IMG/VR virus record: IMGVR_UViG_3300025018_003784
Span: 1-62,724 of that record
Strand: one strand, 5' to 3'
From: a virus
Taxonomy: Duplodnaviria > Caudoviricetes
Length of the DNA stretch: 62,724 nucleotides
Shown: positions 57,264 to 62,724 of the stretch, in pieces
Position numbering within the stretch: the stretch's first letter is position 1
Layout of the letters: each line of letters begins with the position of its first letter
Made by a program: the position numbers and the translations under genes
The notes under the pieces: model-generated
What the model saw: only the letters and a program-made list of their open reading frames with translations
What the model was told of the DNA's origin: nothing
Databases searched by the model: none

Positions 57264-58489
57264 TGTCGAGAAAATTCCCAGAGGTATACTTACCAATTAG
57301 AATAAAAAATGCAGTTTTTCAACAAGAGACTATCTTCCCAGAAGTTAAAAATCTAGATCTAAAAGCTATTCAGGATTTAGTTTCCAAGCCAGTTATTGTA
57401 TTTGATATTGATCAAAAAATATTAATTCAAATAAGTCCCAATGAAATTATAAAAGTTGGATTAGATACAGATGCTGAGGTTATTGATTCTCTTCTTCATG
57501 GCCTAAATTTAAATCTTAGTGGCTCCATACAGAATGGAGATGCATTAATCACGGCATTAGGGAAACTACAAAATCAATTAAATTCTTTATCTCTTAACCT
57601 AACAAATCTATTTTCTACAAAGACGACTTCAAATTTAGCTGAAGGCTCAAATAGATATTTCACTGATTCTAGAGCAAGACTTGCTTCCATTCAAAATTCT
57701 ATAAATCCTTCAGAAATACAAAGAGGGGCATCTCAAAGAGCTGTTCATCTAGCAATCGAAGAATTAAAGACAAATTTAGAAAGTTTAATAGAGTCTGAAG
57801 AGCAAAGTAGAGAATCAGGAATTCAATCGTTAAACGACCAGATTTCATCTTTGATAACACAATTAAATAATCTTTCTCAGCAATTGGAAAATGAATCACA
57901 AACAAGAGTTCAAGAAGATTCGGGTATTAGAAATGAATTTCAAAGTGATCTTGCAAATCTTATTCAATATATAGAAGGAGTCGAAAATGCCTTAGCTAAT
58001 ATACCAAAGAATTTTCTAGAGCTACCAGATACTCCAAGTTCCTTTAGTTGGCAACAAGGGAAACTATTAGCTGTCGATCCTTCTGGAAGTGGAATCATTT
58101 TCATTGATCCACCTGATAGGAATTTAGAAATACAATTCAATAACTCTCAGTTTATCCTCTCTGCTCAAAATATTTGGACAATCATTCCCTTATTAGGGAT
58201 TCCAATTCAAACTCAAGGTTTATATGAGATAGAGTTTATAGCATATTCAAGAACGTCATCAAGTAATCGAACTCACTCTCATCGGTTGGTATTTAATGGA
58301 GTTCCGATACCAGAATCCGAAATATCTTACTTGTTAAGAGACTCTAACCGAAGTTGTTTTAAATATTTATCTTTAAAGCAACAATTTAATGAGCCCGGTT
58401 TTCTTCAAATCGAAGCACGAAGAACTGGACGTAATGGGAATTATGAGTCCTGGGAGAAAATCTTTAAAGTGAGAAAAATAAGTGAATGA
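57263..58489 (+). CDS. fibre-like virion protein
   Basis: 'LAEGSNRYFTDSRA' motif shared with 50145, coiled coil, beta C-terminal domain. Confidence 0.6.
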   Translation: MSRKFPEVYLPIRIKNAVFQQETIFPEVKNLDLKAIQDLVSKPVIVFDIDQKILIQISPNEIIKVGLDTDAEVIDSLLHGLNLNLSGSIQNGDALITALGKLQNQLNSLSLNLTNLFSTKTTSNLAEGSNRYFTDSRARLASIQNSINPSEIQRGASQRAVHLAIEELKTNLESLIESEEQSRESGIQSLNDQISSLITQLNNLSQQLENESQTRVQEDSGIRNEFQSDLANLIQYIEGVENALANIPKNFLELPDTPSSFSWQQGKLLAVDPSGSGIIFIDPPDRNLEIQFNNSQFILSAQNIWTIIPLLGIPIQTQGLYEIEFIAYSRTSSSNRTHSHRLVFNGVPIPESEISYLLRDSNRSCFKYLSLKQQFNEPGFLQIEARRTGRNGNYESWEKIFKVRKISE

Positions 58490-59033
58490 AAGTTTAATTA
58501 AAGAATCAACCACAGGATATTCAAGATCTTTTGATTTGGTTTCTACTTCGGATGTGAATCAAATAGCTATCGAAATTACAAGACTATATCCAGATTTGTT
58601 TATAGGTTGTTATGTATTTGAAAATACTCTAAGAATAATGACAAAGGAAGAATTATCTGAAATCCAAATTTCAAAAATTCAATCTTTGATTTCAAATTCT
58701 AATGTAGATTCATCAATAGAAAAAGCAAAAATTAAAGAAGCTGTTAAAAAAGCTATTGAATTTGGTGAAAGTTTAATAATAGATTTTTCAGCTGATAGTA
58801 TTTCACTTGGGATTTTACAACTAGGAATAACTGACCAAGTAATTGAGAAAACAAGTAAGGTGATTAATGCTTTAAAAACAGGATCTCTGTACTTGGCTAT
58901 CAATGAAATCAAAAACATTCCTCTATCAAATTTAGATGATATAATTTTAACACCTTTGAGATTGAAAGACTTTCGAAATAGAATTGAATCTTACCTTGGT
59001 TTTAATCAATTATCTTCGGAGTATAATCAATGA
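58482..59033 (+). CDS. putative fibre assembly/hypothetical protein
   Basis: Follows the fibre gene. Confidence 0.45.
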   Translation: MNESLIKESTTGYSRSFDLVSTSDVNQIAIEITRLYPDLFIGCYVFENTLRIMTKEELSEIQISKIQSLISNSNVDSSIEKAKIKEAVKKAIEFGESLIIDFSADSISLGILQLGITDQVIEKTSKVINALKTGSLYLAINEIKNIPLSNLDDIILTPLRLKDFRNRIESYLGFNQLSSEYNQ

Positions 59034-59956
59034 ATGGCTACGAAGGTCAGTTAAATTCCCAAATCGAGGATTATAGCTATTCGGATCTAGCAATCAAAGT
59101 ATATCCAGAAAAGGCTAAAGATCCAATACCTCCCAAATGGGGATGCTTATTTCATCCAGATGAAGCACGTCGTATCATGTTTCTTGGCAATGAACCTTTG
59201 ATGACTACCAGAGGTACTCAGCTGGAAAACTTCCAATTAAAGAATTGGATCGATCAAACAGTTCTTTCTTTTCAAGATCAAATTGAATGGGATATTTATC
59301 CAAGGTTATGGAGACATCGACCTACTGCTTATTCCCAAGGAAGAATTGATCTATCTCCAGATGGGATGATTGAAGACTTTGCGGAATGGGAAGATCTTTA
59401 TGATTTCGATGCAACAAAATCATCTCGATTTCTCGTTAGACTAAGAAGAAAGAACGTGGCAAGAGTTCATAAATGGATATTGCAATCTCCTTGGACAGGA
59501 TCAACATTAATTGATTTAAAAGAGAGAATGACTCCTAAATATAAAATGGGATTACTCGAAGCGGTCTTTGTTCGGACTCCTTGGGCAAATTTAGCGCCTC
59601 AAACTATTGGACTTCAAGCATGGAGAGGACTAGGATCGAATCAAGGTTTTCCATCTGCTTACCAAATAGATTACACTACCGGATACGATCATGCAAATAG
59701 AGTTCCTAGAGAGCTTAAAGAGATAATAACTAAGTTCTTTACAATTTGTGTAATGTCCTCTTTTGGTGATGGGATAATAGGAGGGGTGGCCAACTTCTCA
59801 ACATCAGTTGGAGTTGTTCATGAATCGTTAGGAACCACCATGTCGGCCACTTCAGCTTTCTTTGGTGCTAGGATAAAGCAGTTAAGCGATGAAATTAAAG
59901 ATTGGTGGAAGCAATCGAAAGGTAGATACTCTGGAATAAAGTTCGGAGCACTCTAA
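59030..59956 (+). CDS. putative head-tail adaptor/neck protein
   Basis: 'IDYTTGYD...VPRELKEII...STSVGVVHES...SAFFGARIKQ' adaptor-like motif. Confidence 0.55.
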   Translation: MNGYEGQLNSQIEDYSYSDLAIKVYPEKAKDPIPPKWGCLFHPDEARRIMFLGNEPLMTTRGTQLENFQLKNWIDQTVLSFQDQIEWDIYPRLWRHRPTAYSQGRIDLSPDGMIEDFAEWEDLYDFDATKSSRFLVRLRRKNVARVHKWILQSPWTGSTLIDLKERMTPKYKMGLLEAVFVRTPWANLAPQTIGLQAWRGLGSNQGFPSAYQIDYTTGYDHANRVPRELKEIITKFFTICVMSSFGDGIIGGVANFSTSVGVVHESLGTTMSATSAFFGARIKQLSDEIKDWWKQSKGRYSGIKFGAL

Positions 59957-60168
59957 TGAAATGGATTTCAGTAAAAGATCAACTTCCACCTGAACCTAAT
60001 GAGTATTTGACTGTAGTTGAAAATCTTTCAAGTAAGATAAAAAATAGAATGGTTTTCTATATTGATCCTCACGCAACCTTTCTCTTTGAAGGATGGAAAG
60101 GTATTAATAACCCTAATCACATTATGAGGATAACACATTGGATGGAAATCCCAGGTTTGCCTGATTGA
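59956..60168 (+). CDS. DUF551-family protein
   Basis: 'MKWISVKDQLP...ITHWMEIP'. Confidence 0.85.
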   Translation: MKWISVKDQLPPEPNEYLTVVENLSSKIKNRMVFYIDPHATFLFEGWKGINNPNHIMRITHWMEIPGLPD

Positions 60169-60173
60169 ATATT

Positions 60174-60461
60174 TCAATTATCTTGGAACGCACAATCTCT
60201 ATCAAACTCTTCAATATCAATTCTAATTTTTTTAGCTATGCCCTCGAAAGACTTTCTAATAACTGAATTATTTGAATATTTAGCTATAGGCAGTGTATAT
60301 TGGAATCCTGGAATGTTAATTACTATAATTGTAAAGGAATCTGAACCACCTAGTTTTAGCTTACTCTCTTCCTTTTCTTGTAGACCAGGAAAATTATTAA
60401 TAAGCTTTTCAATAACCTTACTATAATCAAGTCGTTCTGGTGGGAGATTTTGAGGATTCAA
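60174..60461 (-). CDS. small protein with HicA-like layout
   Basis: Helix, beta strands, then 'IAKKIRIDIEEF'; coupled to a HicB-like gene; catalytic His not evident. Confidence 0.4.
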   Translation of the reverse strand: MNPQNLPPERLDYSKVIEKLINNFPGLQEKEESKLKLGGSDSFTIIVINIPGFQYTLPIAKYSNNSVIRKSFEGIAKKIRIDIEEFDRDCAFQDN

Positions 60462-60966
60462 CTTCGAGAGCCTTTTGAAGCATATCTATAGTTATTCTGT
60501 GCGAGAAAATTTCTTCGATAAGTTCTCGTTCATTTTCTTCCAAAGCTTTATTTTGAGTCTCAAGCTTTTCGATTTGTTGGATTTCAGAATCTCCATGGAT
60601 ATAGCTAATTTTTCTGTATAATTCCCAATATTCTTCAATATCTACACCTTCGATGTTGAAAAGGAATTCATTCTTAGATTTTACACGGTTTTTTAATCCG
60701 GTAACTTGATGAAAAACGATTTTGACTGCCTCATTAAATTCTGATGCAACTCCAAAATATCCAAAATCTAGCGCAACAGCAATGAATTCACTCGATGATT
60801 CGTCAATAGTCCTTTTGAAGACGATATAATGTATCTTATATTTATTCCCAGCGAATTCTACAATATTTTTACCGAATGAGTGAACATCTCCAATTTTAAA
60901 ATTATACATAGATTTTTTAATAATATCCTTTTGTAAATATTCTCGAAGATTACTCAAAAATATCAA
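60427..60966 (-). CDS. HicB-like domain protein with coiled-coil tail
   Basis: 'FIAVALDFGYFGVASEFNEAVKIV'. Confidence 0.45.
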   Translation of the reverse strand: MIFLSNLREYLQKDIIKKSMYNFKIGDVHSFGKNIVEFAGNKYKIHYIVFKRTIDESSSEFIAVALDFGYFGVASEFNEAVKIVFHQVTGLKNRVKSKNEFLFNIEGVDIEEYWELYRKISYIHGDSEIQQIEKLETQNKALEENERELIEEIFSHRITIDMLQKALEVESSKSPTRTT

Positions 60967-61007
60967 TACATTTTAAATAAAAATATCTTTTTCTAGCATG
61001 GAAAAAT

Positions 61008-61032
61008 CCGATAAATCCCTCCATGCAATCAT
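61008..61032 (+). promoter_or_regulatory. late promoter motif CCGATA-N13-AATCAT (lysis operon)
   Basis: 6 nt before ATG 61039. Confidence 0.6.
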
Positions 61033-61716
61033 ATGCTTATGCGCAAGATTGCAGATTTCGTAGGATCTTATAAAAGCCAAAGAGACAACAAAAAACTCTA
61101 TTTCATCGATGAAAAGAATGTAGTAGATTTCAATGGAAAAATTCTCTTCCCAGTGGAAGACCTTGATAAAAGGGAAGGCGAGCTTTTTGACCGAACTACT
61201 CAATGCTTCATCTCTTCTGGATCAATGTTTACCGAAAGCTTATGGAAAGGCGGTGTCCTTACTAGTCCTCTAGATGAAACTGCATATCACCTACTTGTAA
61301 TTAGCAACTTAAAGAATAAGCAAAACAGGTTCATGTGGGATTCCCACAAGCAAGTCCTGAATAAGATTTTAGCTAAATCTAAATTAGAATTTCATTATCG
61401 AAATAGCAAAGGAAGAGAAGAGAGCATCAAGGACTGCATAGACTTCGGTTTTGTTGTTATTGCATCGATCTGGATAAAACCATGGTATCCGTCTGGCAGA
61501 GGTCACTTGGTTGTAATAAAAGGTTATATCCTTGATAGCCAAGGGAAAATCTCAGCATTCATCCTCGATGATCCTTTTGGAAATATCTTAACAAACTATA
61601 AAGAAACTAACGGCGAATCGATAGTTATTCCTATCGATGATTGGAAAGAGATGGTAAATTCTCCAATCGATAAGCCAAGACAGTTTGGATTCATTCAATT
61701 GAAGAAAGGTAATTAA
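61033..61716 (+). CDS. C39-like cysteine peptidase, probable endolysin
   Basis: 'TQCFISS', 'GHLVVIKGY', 'DDPFG'; upstream of membrane genes. Confidence 0.7.
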   Translation: MLMRKIADFVGSYKSQRDNKKLYFIDEKNVVDFNGKILFPVEDLDKREGELFDRTTQCFISSGSMFTESLWKGGVLTSPLDETAYHLLVISNLKNKQNRFMWDSHKQVLNKILAKSKLEFHYRNSKGREESIKDCIDFGFVVIASIWIKPWYPSGRGHLVVIKGYILDSQGKISAFILDDPFGNILTNYKETNGESIVIPIDDWKEMVNSPIDKPRQFGFIQLKKGN

Positions 61717-62004
61717 ATGGGAAAGAAATATTACAAAAAGGAAGAGATATCTTTTAGAGATATTTGGTTTAGAATCCCAGGTCTTATCATCTGCTTTTTT
61801 TCAGGAGTAGGGGAATTCTATCTTCGATTGGAAGGGACAAATTCAGATGCAGAGGTATTGGGACAGAACCTTCCAGCATTTCTCATCTTATCAGGCATTG
61901 GACTCTTGATCTTTGCAGCTCCTTACTTGGAACTAGCATGGAATATTTATTATTCAAAATCAAAAACCAAACAAGGAGAAGAAGTAATTGGATCAAAAGA
62001 ATAA
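61717..62004 (+). CDS. putative holin (two TM helices)
   Basis: Two hydrophobic segments, charged termini, follows the peptidase. Confidence 0.55.
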   Translation: MGKKYYKKEEISFRDIWFRIPGLIICFFSGVGEFYLRLEGTNSDAEVLGQNLPAFLILSGIGLLIFAAPYLELAWNIYYSKSKTKQGEEVIGSKE

Positions 62005-62326
62005 TGGTGAAGGGATCAAGTCGATCCTCAAAGATTTTGGGAGAGGAATTAAGCAACATTGGGGAGTTATGATTTATATGATCATCTGTGTTATTGCTTT
62101 GATTGTTTTGCAAGATTACATTCGATTCGAACCTAGTGAAAGCAAAGTCACTAATAAGTTTTCAAAAGCCGATTTCTCATCTGATAAATCTTGGCTAGGT
62201 TGTAGGCAACATCAACATGATTGCACGTATAAAGCTTTGGTCAAAGACCGAAGTGCGATATCTATTCTTGATGAATGTGGCCCTGAAGACATTTGTGATC
62301 AACTATTTGGAGGAAAAAGCAAATGA
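61988..62326 (+). CDS. single-pass membrane protein with Cys-containing extracytoplasmic part (lysis accessory?)
   Basis: One TM near the N-terminus, four Cys downstream. Confidence 0.45.
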   Translation: MDQKNNGEGIKSILKDFGRGIKQHWGVMIYMIICVIALIVLQDYIRFEPSESKVTNKFSKADFSSDKSWLGCRQHQHDCTYKALVKDRSAISILDECGPEDICDQLFGGKSK

Positions 62327-62724
62327 AGAAATCAATAATTCTATTTATTCTAAGTCTATTCTTAATTTTATCAAGTTCAGTGAACTGTTTAACTACTCCT
62401 AAACCCACGGAAAAACTAGTTACTCCTAACTTCACTAACGGTTGTTCAGAATACAAAGGATCTAATCGAACTAAGTGCATCCAAGAGCTTCTCACAGAAT
62501 TGGAATACCTAAGAGATCCTAAAAATCCAATAGCAAAAACCGTAGTGGAAACTCGTTACGATTCTTATTGGGTATTAGTAGAAACAGAATATTGTCCATC
62601 CAAGAACTTTTGTTGGTTAGATCCTCAATATGTTTATAAACCTTCATTATATATCAAAATTAGGGATTACTCTATTGTAGGTTTAATGGGTTTAGTATTC
62701 GGATATAGCCTAGGGATTCCTTAG
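62323..62724 (+). CDS. lipoprotein with C-terminal TM, unimolecular-spanin-like topology
   Basis: Signal 'MKKSIILFILSLFLILSSSVNC'; C-terminal 'SIVGLMGLVFGYSLG'. Confidence 0.55.
   Translation: MKKSIILFILSLFLILSSSVNCLTTPKPTEKLVTPNFTNGCSEYKGSNRTKCIQELLTELEYLRDPKNPIAKTVVETRYDSYWVLVETEYCPSKNFCWLDPQYVYKPSLYIKIRDYSIVGLMGLVFGYSLGIP

Larger units (their letters stand above)
769..62724. mobile_element. Contractile-tailed phage/prophage genome, partial (ends not visible)
   Basis: Terminase, portal, protease, scaffold, capsid, sheath, tube, baseplate, fibre and lysis genes plus phage-type early genes. Confidence 0.95.

Noticed and set aside
13599-61032. CCGATA as the -10 box of a host sigma28 (GCCGATAA) promoter
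   Set aside because: The preceding G and upstream TAAA are not conserved, and a separate -10-like hexamer lies a fixed 13 nt downstream. Not fully excluded.
2476-62495. Numerous short antisense or nested ORFs in the six-frame track (e.g. 2476, 4925, 12493, 35014, 47703, 52311)
   Set aside because: Shadows of longer genes with recognisable motifs; no RBS or domain features.

Overview
AT-rich window holding most of a contractile-tailed (myovirus-type) phage or prophage genome. The right end of a dead IS481-family element lies at the left edge. The host is probably a spirochaete such as Leptospira, inferred only from a spirochaete-style lipobox and general gene style. About 0.8-13 kb is an early/middle region: Bro-N/ANT antirepressor, annealing protein plus PD-(D/E)XK nuclease, HTH protein, adenine MTase, HNH, MmcB-like nuclease, Tad2/DUF2829, HAD phosphatase, split RusA and a ParB-HTH protein. 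About 13-62.7 kb is a late region with Herelleviridae-like capsid, portal, sheath and baseplate genes in scrambled order, ending in a lysis cassette. No integrase, repressor or replicative helicase is visible. Main observations: (1) four putative head-packaged polyvalent proteins carry BECR-fold RNase-like domains, and each domain is immediately followed, inside the ORF on the opposite strand, by one or two cassettes of sigma70 promoter, closed stem-loop and U-rich tract. These six cassettes are candidate RNA antitoxins. (2) A shared [ILVFM]-x-K-[SAG] putative maturation-protease site and short basic hairpin tags punctuate head and cargo proteins. (3) A CCGATA-N13-nAnnnT late promoter occurs 12 times, often just before a start codon. 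(4) MuF is split over two ORFs with a nuclease inserted. (5) Anti-Shine-Dalgarno antisense elements match the recombination operon RBS. (6) There are three candidate frameshifts. All protein calls are by-eye motif recognition; no searches were run.
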